NCBI GenBank assembly: GCA_024276795.1
Contig: JAJRWK010000177.1
Location: 1 to 14,325, forward strand
DNA length: 14,325 bases
Source: an archaeon
GTDB taxonomy: Archaea; Asgardarchaeota; Heimdallarchaeia; Heimdallarchaeales; JAJRWK01
Reading direction: 5' to 3'
The notes below the pieces were generated by a model. It did not search any database and was not told the origin of the DNA. It was given only the letters and a program-made list of their open reading frames with translations. Positions 7,223 to 14,325 of this stretch are shown piece by piece; the stretch's first letter is position 1; every line of letters begins with the position of its first letter. The position numbers and the translations under genes are program-made.

Positions 7223-7474
7223 CTAACGGGCCTTATTCGGCGTAACTTGTCGAACTATTATCTTTTCGGCCAGTTTTCTTCCGATCACTAGTTTAGAATG
7301 GTCTATTTCTACTAGAATGGGGCCTTTGCCGACATTCTCCAGTACCACGAGTGTTTTGTTTTTTCTCATTCCCATTTGAGCAAGTCTCCTTTTGGAAAAG
7401 GAATCGCCATTGATCTCATTGATAAGAACTTGCGAGCGAGGTTTGATTTCTGCTAGGACACTCATGGTAACCAC
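7223..7474 (-). CDS. feoA: FeoA-domain protein (ferrous iron transport protein A)
   Basis: 83 aa SH3-like FeoA pattern (RLAQMGMRKNKTLVVLENVGKGPILVEIDHSKLVIGRKLAEKIIV), immediately upstream of feoB. GTG start at 7474, with an alternative ATG at 7465. Confidence 0.85.
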   Translation of the reverse strand: MVTMSVLAEIKPRSQVLINEINGDSFSKRRLAQMGMRKNKTLVVLENVGKGPILVEIDHSKLVIGRKLAEKIIVRQVTPNKAR

Positions 7475-7494
7475 TTGAAACGAATCGACATATC

Positions 7495-7509
7495 TTCGGG
7501 TGACCTAAC
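7495..7509. promoter_or_regulatory. Operator-like dyad (minus strand GTTAGGTCACCCGAA), proximal to feoA
   Basis: It has the same TTAGG-N4-CCGAA core as the two ftr1 boxes, and lies between the TATA-like box (7536-7545) and the feoA start. Confidence 0.5.
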
Positions 7510-7535
7510 TTTTTGAGAAATATTAATTTATTCAC

Positions 7536-7545
7536 TTTATAAAAA
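7536..7545 (-). promoter_or_regulatory. TATA-like box for feoA (minus-strand TTTTTATAAA)
   Basis: An AT-rich box about 62-71 nt upstream of the feoA start, flanked by dyads on both sides as at ftr1. Confidence 0.3.
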
Positions 7546-7583
7546 GCGATATGATCAATTGATCGCGATTCACTGTTCATTTA

Positions 7584-7597
7584 TTCGGGTGTCCGAA
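7584..7597. promoter_or_regulatory. Palindromic operator-like dyad TTCGGGTGTCCGAA (TTCGG-N4-CCGAA), distal to feoA
   Basis: Perfect 5-bp inverted arms with the same N4 spacing. It shares TTCGGGTG with the 7495-7509 site. Confidence 0.4.
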
Positions 7598-7868
7598 TAT
7601 TTGTTTGATCTTTTATTCAAAGTATCGCTCAAAATTCTTGTCTCTGCATCCTCAAACATATGGAAAGGGAAGTAGATACGGAATAAACCTAATGCTGATA
7701 GCAATTCACTTCTTGTAAAACGGAAGAAAACACCGTTAGGAACCTATTTTTCTTAAGTGTATTCGATGAGGATGTGTGAAACCTCTCAGAACAATCACAA
7801 CAAACAGTTAATATATCAATAGACTTAGCTCAAATAAATTAAAAGGATAGATATTCGGAGGATCATCA

Positions 7869-8615
7869 GTGATAGAGTATTTCAGTGGTTCCTACAGCTC
7901 ATTAAGAAAATACTGGGAGAAAAAGTTTCGGTCAGAGCAATTTAAATCCCTCGGCACTAGGGAGCCTGCTGTTGAATTTACCTTGGAGAAAATAAGGAAG
8001 GTTCTCCGCCCCCACCACCTCTGGATCGATATTGGGACAGGTCCCGGCTCCGTTTACGGAAAAGCCCGTGATATGGGCATAGCCAGTCATTTCTTAGGTC
8101 TAGATTTCTCCAAAGCAATGTTACAGAGATTTGATGATCCTCAGATTTTGAAAGTCTTAGGAGACGGACGATATTATCCATTGAGGAATAATTGCGCGGA
8201 ATTAGGTACTAGCTTTTTCGTATGGTCTGATTATAGTGATTTGACCCCCGTTGTCCAAATGTTCTACTCAATTGTTAAGTCGTCAGGACATGTGATCCTT
8301 ATCGACTACGCCCGTGGCGATTCTTACTGGGAGTTACGGCGAATGCTTCACGGATTTAGGGGAATCGTTGGAAACATTCACTTGCGAACGCCACAAGAGG
8401 CTAGGCATGTTTTTGAAAAAATAGGGTTTGAGATAGAATATGCTGACTACGTTGGCTATGAAGTGCCCATGACCGCGATGCCTAATCTTGTTTCGGCAAC
8501 TGACCTCCCAATTATTCAAGAGCAGAGACCGGAAGCTTACGCGTCGCTTACTGAGTTGCGCTCGAGAAGGGTTCACACTCGTAGGCATTATCTTGTCATT
8601 GCGAATAAGCCATGA
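7869..8615 (+). CDS. Class I SAM-dependent methyltransferase
   Basis: 248 aa. Motif I is WIDIGTGPG, followed by the post-I acidic LGLDFS. GTG start is preceded by GGAGG (7857-7861) at a 7-nt spacing. Confidence 0.85.
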   Translation: MIEYFSGSYSSLRKYWEKKFRSEQFKSLGTREPAVEFTLEKIRKVLRPHHLWIDIGTGPGSVYGKARDMGIASHFLGLDFSKAMLQRFDDPQILKVLGDGRYYPLRNNCAELGTSFFVWSDYSDLTPVVQMFYSIVKSSGHVILIDYARGDSYWELRRMLHGFRGIVGNIHLRTPQEARHVFEKIGFEIEYADYVGYEVPMTAMPNLVSATDLPIIQEQRPEAYASLTELRSRRVHTRRHYLVIANKP

Positions 8616-8631
8616 GCGTTGACAATAAGTG

Positions 8632-8689
8632 CCCGGGAGATCATCCTGCAAGGGGGAAACAGTCTCTTCCCGGGAATCTATCCCTTTTT
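8632..8689 (+). terminator. GC-rich inverted repeat (CCCGGGA 8632-8638 / TCCCGGG 8668-8674) followed by T5 (8685-8689)
   Basis: It lies in the convergent intergenic region just after the methyltransferase stop. The loop is long (29 nt), so the hairpin is weak evidence. The T5 run is the main signal. Confidence 0.25.
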
Positions 8690-8705
8690 ATCCCCCAAGG
8701 GCCGC

Positions 8706-9521
8706 TCATCCCGTCCAAATGGACAGTCCGCCCCCTATTTTGGAGACGGCATGTTCAGCCATCTCCATTATCTCTATGGGTGCAAGTTGTTCAATTGTTT
8801 TTCGATCCAGAATAACTACCATTCTTTGTGTTTGTGCGTTAAGTGTTCCAACGATGGGGATGATTCTTCTGGTGTCGATAGTAGTATCTTTGTCAAGGGT
8901 TCGATTTCCTATCTGCTCGTTCACCCATTTAAATAGTTCCTTTCTTGCTAGGTGTTCCCCAACTTCCCTTAGGGAGGCTTTGTGTTGATTTCTGCTTAAC
9001 CATTTTTTCGGAACCCACTTTTCCCAATCAAAATCAAGGATCCAAGTGTGAATGCTCTTGTTTCCCGTGTATACAAACAGAAACTCAAAATCTTTTTTTA
9101 GTACGTCTCTTAGTAGTCTAGCCGTTTCAATGGAGGATTCCAGACTTGTATCTTCTTCAAATGGAACAATTCCGGAGGAAATCATTCGGGGGTGGCCTAG
9201 CACACGTTTAGAAAACGCTCGTGGTTCGAGGAATTCTGCTGAAGACATGAAGCAACGAATAGGATATCTATCAAGTTTCAGGTATGCACGAATTGCTTTT
9301 CCCAGTTTTTTATTTCCAATTGTTCGCCAATGGAGAGTTCGTTGTAGGCTAGCCCACGACTGCTTTCTCTTGATTTTTCCTTTGTGGATTCGCTTCACTA
9401 AGCCCCATATTTTTATTGCTCGGAATTTTAGGTCAACTGATCCGCCATATTCCCAACCCGAGTAGAATGAAGAAATGAATTTTCTGTCTTGCTGGTTGAT
9501 ATTAATCTTTCTTAGGGCCAT
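8706..9521 (-). CDS. Archaeo-eukaryotic primase (AEP) small-subunit-like protein, compact PriS-like
   Basis: 271 aa. PriS-like blocks appear in the canonical order: PIRCFMSSAEFLEP, IVPFEEDTS (the DxD position reads E-E-D), FVYTGNKSIHTWI (the SGxRGxH-type motif) and LDKDTTIDTRRIIPIVGTLNAQTQ (the D...R-L-I-R-x-P-x-S-L-H type motif). GAGG lies 7 nt upstream of the ATG. Confidence 0.6.
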   Translation of the reverse strand: MALRKININQQDRKFISSFYSGWEYGGSVDLKFRAIKIWGLVKRIHKGKIKRKQSWASLQRTLHWRTIGNKKLGKAIRAYLKLDRYPIRCFMSSAEFLEPRAFSKRVLGHPRMISSGIVPFEEDTSLESSIETARLLRDVLKKDFEFLFVYTGNKSIHTWILDFDWEKWVPKKWLSRNQHKASLREVGEHLARKELFKWVNEQIGNRTLDKDTTIDTRRIIPIVGTLNAQTQRMVVILDRKTIEQLAPIEIMEMAEHAVSKIGGGLSIWTG

Positions 9522-9536
9522 TCGCTTGCCTCATGT

Positions 9537-9543
9537 AAAAAAA
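9537..9543 (-). terminator. T7 tract on the minus strand between infB and the PriS-like gene
   Basis: The plus-strand A7 run at 9537-9543 lies 35 nt downstream of the infB stop. It is an oligo-T archaeal termination signal. Confidence 0.3.
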
Positions 9544-9577
9544 GCTGTTAACAATAAAGTATTTTCCCGTGTGTATC

Positions 9578-11400
9578 TTATCCGTAGGGCCAATATTTGA
9601 AGCCAGCCCTTTGTTTGATCTTAACCATTTCCTCTAGAAGTTCTAACTCTCCTGGTTCTAATTGATCCTTGTATTTTGTCATAAGAAGCCTAGCGTCTCT
9701 TTTCCTAATGTCAACATAGAGGATCATTTCTTCTTTGATTTGGCGTCCTACAGTAGGTCCTCGAATGCTAACAGCAACTTGCTTTCCTACAGTTGCTTTC
9801 TCAATGTTTTGTCGGTTTTCCTGGATCTGTTGTATTACACCGACTCTTCGATTGTCTTCACGGATGAGAATATTTCTCGGCTTGATCATTCCAGCGAGGA
9901 CTTCAACACCAACAACTGCTGGTTTGCTGATTCTAAAAATATAATTAGGTAAAATCTTGATTTTTCCTGGTCTTTGGAGGTCTGCAAGAACTTGGCTTTT
10001 TTCTTTCTCCTCTGTCTCTGCTTTCCACGCCATATATTCATCTATGATATGATATATGATGTTTCCAGTAAAAATTGGAAGACCTTGGAGATAAGCTTCT
10101 TCTTCTGCTTCTCCCTGGAACCCAACATTGAAACCGAGAATTACACCATACTGGGGGAGTTTTTCCGCAGTTATCAGAGCTTCTATGACATCTCTTTTTG
10201 TAATGTCTCCAACATCGGCGATTCTTATTGGGATCCCATTACTTTTGAGCATTCCAATCAACGCTTCTAGAGACCCCAAAGTGTCGGCTTTGAGAATAAT
10301 CCCTTCATCTTGGGTTTCGATTCTTAAAGATCGGAGTTCATCTTCGATTTCTTGAGAAAGCTGATTGATTTCTTCTTCAGAATTCGCGACAAAGATTGGT
10401 GCGCCTGCTAGTGCATTTTCAGGATCTTGGACAAGAAGTTTTACTCCTGCGGATGCAAATATTTCATTGGTTCGAGTAAATTTATCTCTTGGATCTCTCA
10501 TTTCATCTAATGGTTTTGGAAGGAGCAAAGCTTTGACTCGACTTACTCTTGCACCGTGTTTGTTGCGAAAACAACAGTGTCATCTTTGCGCATCACACCG
10601 TCGTATAGAACGATGTCTAATGTTACCCCCATTCCTTCCTCTTCTCTTACTTCGAGAACAACTCCAATCCCGGGTCCTTCACTGTAGCGAAGTCGCTTCA
10701 TCAAGTATTGTTGAGTTATTCCAGCAAGAATTAAGAAGAGATCAGGGATCCCTTCTTTAGTGTGAGCACTGACCGGCACAATTGCTACGGATTTGGTATA
10801 ATCTTTTATTCTGTCATAGCGCTCTGACAGAAAGCCCAGGTCGGATAATTCCCCTTGAACCTCATAGATCTTGTTTTCGAGCTCTTGTTGTGTTCTCTTG
10901 TTTTGTTTCTTGATTGTGCCAATGAATGACTCTCCAGGGTTTGCTTTCCACCCCGGAACTCGGTCAATTTTATTCAAAGCCACGATGAATGGTGTTTTTC
11001 TCTGTTTTAGGATGTCTATTGATTCATAGGTTTGTGCTTGAAAACCTCTAGTAGCATCAACAACCAATATTGCAATGTCCGCGACGCTAGCCCCCCTTGC
11101 TCTTAGGTTCACAAACGCTGCGTGTCCTGGAGTGTCGATGATTAAGAGGCCGGGGATCTTTAGATCGATTTTTATTTTCATGACTTCTGCTACAGGTCTA
11201 GCTGCTTCGAGGATTGTCTCTGAAGGGAAGAATGATGCGCCCACATGTTGTGTTATTCCCCCTGCCTCTCTTGCTTGTACTGCTGTTCCTCGCACAGAGT
11301 CAAGCAAAGACGTTTTCCCGCTATCAACATGACCAAGAACAACAGCAATGGGGGATCGGATTCGTTTTTTCTCATCAGGGGGGTTATTCGTCTTGGACAT
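9578..11400 (-). CDS. infB: Translation initiation factor aIF5B (IF-2), interrupted by a 1-nt frameshift near 10559-10561
   Basis: The N-terminal ORF (11400-10543) has GHVDSGKT, DTPGH and NKID. The C-terminal ORF (10528-9578) continues with LLPKPLDEMRDPRDKF and domains III-IV. GAGGTGA (plus-strand 11405-11411) precedes the ATG. Confidence 0.93.
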
Positions 11401-11443
11401 TTTCTCACCTCAATAAAATAATGGTGCTAAGAGGAAAGAACCA

Positions 11444-11902
11444 TTATTGCTCATAGATCCAGGTTTCTTGTACCCAATTCCAATCTACTAGCTCACTTTT
11501 TTCGAAATAGACATTCATTTCATATTTTGCATTCTCGGGGGAATCGGCAGCATGAACAAGATTTCGGCCGATATTCAAACCAAAATCGCCCCTGATAGTT
11601 CCCGGAGCCGCGTCTTGAGGATTGGTTGAGCCTAGAATTGTCCTCATCTTTTGAATGGCATTTTCACCCTCTACAACCATGGGGACTGCGGGTCCAGAAG
11701 TGATGAATTTGACAAGCCCGTTGTAAAACGGTTTACCCTCATGAACAGCGTAGTGTTTTTTGGCGTGTTCTAAAGTTGGGAAAATAAATTTCATGGCAAC
11801 AATTTTTAATCCTGATTTTTCTATTCGTGAAATTATTTCACCAATCAGCCCTCGCTGAACTGCATCGGGTTTTATCATTACGAATGTCCTTTCCTTTTCC
11901 AT
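11444..11902 (-). CDS. ndk: Nucleoside diphosphate kinase
   Basis: 152 aa. ERTFVMIKPDAVQRGLIGEII, GSTNP..A.PGTIRGDFG and the catalytic-His context NLVHAADS. Confidence 0.97.
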   Translation of the reverse strand: MEKERTFVMIKPDAVQRGLIGEIISRIEKSGLKIVAMKFIFPTLEHAKKHYAVHEGKPFYNGLVKFITSGPAVPMVVEGENAIQKMRTILGSTNPQDAAPGTIRGDFGLNIGRNLVHAADSPENAKYEMNVYFEKSELVDWNWVQETWIYEQ

Positions 11903-12111
11903 AACCTGTCACCTAATAGCAAGCTCATTTGTACCGTCCCTTCTAAAATAGTTCTGATAGGATACTCGGCGATTGCTAACCAAGTTATGTCTTGGGGACA
12001 TTTTGGAGAAACTCTTTTGTTTCCCTCGCGGATTAATATATGTGTGGTTTCTTATGGAAAGCGAAATAAAACCAGTTGAAGACTCAGAATGTGGTGAACA
12101 TTAATTATCAC

Positions 12112-12187
12112 GGATCCGTGGCCTAGTTTGGAAGGGCACCGGCCTCCGGAGCCGGCGGCAGGGGTTCAAATCCCCTCGGATCCGCCA
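12112..12187 (+). tRNA. tRNA-Arg (anticodon CCG), CCA encoded
   Basis: 76-nt cloverleaf folded by hand. Acceptor is GGATCCG/CGGATCC, D stem GCCT/GGGC, anticodon stem CCGGC/GCCGG with loop CTCCGGA, T arm AGGGG-TTCAAAT-CCCCT, discriminator G, then CCA. Confidence 0.95.
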
Positions 12188-12195
12188 AAATCATA

Positions 12196-12202
12196 TTTTT
12201 TT
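12196..12202 (+). terminator. T7 tract downstream of tRNA-Arg
   Basis: An oligo-T run 9 nt after the encoded CCA. Confidence 0.45.
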
Positions 12203-12268
12203 GATAGAATCATCTCCGCTCTTACAAGGAATAGAAATTAATATTGCACACAATCCAGAAGAGACAGA

Positions 12269-13126
12269 ATGCCCTCCCGTAAGACGACTCCCATTGATAA
12301 GTTTCTCTCAGAAGACGACGCTAAAGAGACACCGAAGCCATCTAAGAACGGAATAGATCCTCTACTTGAGAAAATCCAAGAACTTGTTAAGGTCTTTGCT
12401 AATGAATCTGGTCATTCTTATCGTGCCCAAATTGGGAGATACCGTGCCTCAAGCGTCCCTTATTGTAATCGGAAAATCGCTTTTGAAATGCTATTGGGGG
12501 TTGAGGAACTTGAAGAATTAGAAGAAGACACTCGATTAGTTGGAACTGCGATGACAGGACAGATCATCCACGATTTTCTAGAAAAAGCCTTGGAACCAAT
12601 CTTGATCTCATCAGAAGAAGAAGTAGAGGTTAATCTGGGTGAATTCGTTATTTCCGGCCATTATGACTTGCTCGTAAAAGATGTTGACGGAAATAAAATA
12701 GTGATTGACGTAAAAACGTGTTCTGACGCTTCAAAGGTTCAGGCAAAGGAGGCGCACGTTCGACAATTATCTGTCTATCAAGCAGCCCTAGGTGGTATTG
12801 ACGGAGCTCTTCTGTACGTTGAGCGTAATAACTTTCAGATGAAGATGTTTAGATTCCCCTTTGACAAGGAAATATTTTCACAAGTGGTTGTGAAGATGAC
12901 AGAACTCCATTCAAGAATAACTCGTACTTGGGAGTATTTTGAGAAAAAACAGCGAGAAGGAATGCCCCAACTCATTGGTCTGACTCTTGATCAGGTATTA
13001 GAAGCAGTGAAGCTTGATCTTGTACCACCGAGAGAACCAGAATTTGAATATGAATGTCGAAACGCTTGGTCTCGATGTCGTTTCTACGACATATGTTATA
13101 GTTCAAACTCTCGTTATGGACGCTAG
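12269..13126 (+). CDS. Cas4/RecB-like PD-(D/E)xK nuclease with a putative Fe-S cluster
   Basis: 285 aa. N-terminal Cys (SVPYCNRK), GQIIHDFLE, GHYDLL (Asp), IDVKT (D-x-K), QLSVYQ (QxxxY) and a C-terminal Cys triad CRNAWSRCRFYDIC. A TATA-like AAATTAATATT (12235-12245) lies 24-34 nt upstream of the ATG. Confidence 0.7.
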   Translation: MPSRKTTPIDKFLSEDDAKETPKPSKNGIDPLLEKIQELVKVFANESGHSYRAQIGRYRASSVPYCNRKIAFEMLLGVEELEELEEDTRLVGTAMTGQIIHDFLEKALEPILISSEEEVEVNLGEFVISGHYDLLVKDVDGNKIVIDVKTCSDASKVQAKEAHVRQLSVYQAALGGIDGALLYVERNNFQMKMFRFPFDKEIFSQVVVKMTELHSRITRTWEYFEKKQREGMPQLIGLTLDQVLEAVKLDLVPPREPEFEYECRNAWSRCRFYDICYSSNSRYGR

Positions 13127-13216
13127 TCCGATGATTCACGTTCCATTGACGGTGATCGTTAGCATTGCAAATGAATTAGACGAAAGTTATAAAACAACAG
13201 TATCCATTGATGATCC

Positions 13217-14325
13217 GTGCCAGAAGAATTTGATGTTATCGTGGTTGGTGCAGGACCTGCTGGTAGTCGAGCCGCAATTGAAGCAGCGAAGGGAGGAGCA
13301 ACGACTCTATTGTTGGAAGAGCATCCCGTTGTCGGGCAGCCAATTGCTTGTGGGGAAGGCATAAGTCGACACGGCTTGGACTTCTTCGGCTTGCCCGCTG
13401 AAGACGCTCCTTACTACAACCTCTCAGTGAAAGAATTCAAAATGTTTGCACCTAATGGTAGCGTTGTCAAACTCCACATAGATGGTTTCATGATTCACAG
13501 AGATAAATTTGATCAATATAATGCAAAACTAGCTGAAGAATTAGGCGCAGATGTAAGAACTAGCCATCGTGTGGAAAATGTAACGCGAGAAAACAATCAA
13601 ATGCGGGTAGAAGTCTTGAAAAAAAACAAAGATCGAGTTGAATTCATCTCGAAAATAGTGATCGATGCAACAGGACCCGCAGCTAGAGTCGGACGCATGC
13701 TGGGGAGACCAATCCCTGAAAAAAGAGTATATGGCATAGAATATAAGATGAAGGGGGTGTCTACGGACAGTTTTGATTTCTATCTCGATTTCGAAAAGTT
13801 CCCAAGAGGCTATACTTGGGTTTTCCCCAAAGGAAATGATGTAAGCAATGTAGGAATCGTAATGGATGGCCCATATGCCAAAGAACGCCTAAATGAATTT
13901 ATTAAAGATCAGAAAATTGAGGGAGAAATAATTGATTATATAGGAGGAACCATACCCATGACGGGGCCGATATACGATGCAGTTGATGACAATTTCATCG
14001 CAGCCGGGGACGCAAATGGAACTGCCAACGCTCTTTTCTACGGGGGCAATCGCGTGGCAATGACTTCTGGAATGCTCGCCGGAAAGGTGGCAGCAAAAGC
14101 AATTGCTGAAAACAACGTTTCCAAAGAGCGCTTGAAGGAATTCGATGAACTGACCCGTAGTTACCCTTTTGCCGACCCTTCTATCCTCGACGCCCATCGA
14201 ATTTTCTATTCTTTCAAAAACCAGACATATAGTCGATTCTCCAGAGCTCTGAACAACGTCTATCTCGACAAATTAGGAATCACGGGCCGTCTAAAAATAC
14301 TCAAGCTCTGGCTATTCGATAAAGA
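13217..14325 (+). CDS. FAD-dependent geranylgeranyl reductase family protein (archaeal lipid/prenyl reductase type), 3'-truncated by the window edge
   Basis: This ORF is absent from the ORF track because no stop is reached. The frame is open by hand from TGA at 13211-13213 to the window end. GTG start at 13217 gives MPEEFDVIVVGAGPAGSRAAIEAAKGG (Rossmann GxGxxG), then ACGEG, RGYTWVFPKG and AAGDANG. A TATA-like TTATAAAA (13187-13194) lies 23-30 nt upstream. Confidence 0.85.
   Translation, partial: MPEEFDVIVVGAGPAGSRAAIEAAKGGATTLLLEEHPVVGQPIACGEGISRHGLDFFGLPAEDAPYYNLSVKEFKMFAPNGSVVKLHIDGFMIHRDKFDQYNAKLAEELGADVRTSHRVENVTRENNQMRVEVLKKNKDRVEFISKIVIDATGPAARVGRMLGRPIPEKRVYGIEYKMKGVSTDSFDFYLDFEKFPRGYTWVFPKGNDVSNVGIVMDGPYAKERLNEFIKDQKIEGEIIDYIGGTIPMTGPIYDAVDDNFIAAGDANGTANALFYGGNRVAMTSGMLAGKVAAKAIAENNVSKERLKEFDELTRSYPFADPSILDAHRIFYSFKNQTYSRFSRALNNVYLDKLGITGRLKILKLWLFDK

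Noticed and set aside
7735-7747. Fifth DtxR-like site, GTTAGGAACCTAT
   Set aside because: The arms TTAGG and CCTA are separated by only 2 nt rather than 4, and the site is not positioned near either TATA-like box.
8612-8988. Three overlapping plus-strand ORFs (67-119 aa) downstream of the methyltransferase
   Set aside because: They are mutually overlapping and antisense to the PriS-like ORF, which has ordered AEP motifs and a ribosome-binding site. Their translations are Ser/Pro/Cys-rich.
10546-10579. Programmed ribosomal frameshift in infB
   Set aside because: I saw no X-XXY-YYZ slippery heptamer and no obvious downstream stimulatory structure. A one-base deficit in a homopolymer, as also seen in the aminotransferase, fits better.
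12112-13126. Integrated mobile element at tRNA-Arg carrying the Cas4-like gene
   Set aside because: I saw no integrase and, by eye, no repeat of the tRNA 3' half within the window. The downstream gene is a housekeeping-type lipid reductase. An element boundary beyond the window cannot be excluded.
13014-13364. 116-aa ORF bridging the Cas4-like 3' end and the reductase 5' end
   Set aside because: It is out of frame with both well-supported genes and merely reads across the intergenic spacer. The reductase frame with its GxGxxG motif explains 13217 onward.
13889-14197. 102-aa minus-strand ORF
   Set aside because: It is antisense to the open geranylgeranyl reductase frame and has no motifs.
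1-14325. CRISPR arrays, transposases/IS elements or toxin-antitoxin pairs
   Set aside because: I noticed no regularly spaced direct repeats and no transposase-like or small paired ORFs. The only repeated elements are the short operator-like boxes already reported.

Overview
This looks like an archaeal chromosomal segment: it has archaeal-type aIF5B and uS2, a PriS-like primase, a geranylgeranyl-reductase-type flavoprotein, AT-rich TATA-like promoters and GGAGG-type ribosome-binding sites. All protein calls rest on motif recognition by eye; no database search was run. From left to right: (1) a 5S rRNA locus at the extreme left edge whose two parts are in swapped, circularly permuted order; (2) an Lrp/AsnC regulator; (3) a class-I aminotransferase broken by one frameshift and one in-frame TAA; (4) a minus-strand iron-uptake block of FTR1 permease, uS2, a putative di-haem membrane protein, a FeoC-like protein, FeoB and FeoA, where the ftr1 and feoA promoters share a TTAGG-N4-CCGAA dyad resembling DtxR/IdeR boxes; (5) a SAM methyltransferase; (6) minus-strand genes for a compact PriS-like primase, aIF5B (split by a 1-nt frameshift) and ndk; (7) tRNA-Arg(CCG); (8) an orphan Cas4/RecB-like Fe-S nuclease; (9) the 5' part of a geranylgeranyl reductase that runs off the right edge. 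I saw no CRISPR array, transposase or integrase. The most unusual feature is the permuted 5S rRNA gene. Its helix I is closed by a UUCG tetraloop, and its flanks pair into a bulge-helix-bulge-like structure that would rebuild the canonical 5S junction after cleavage and ligation.
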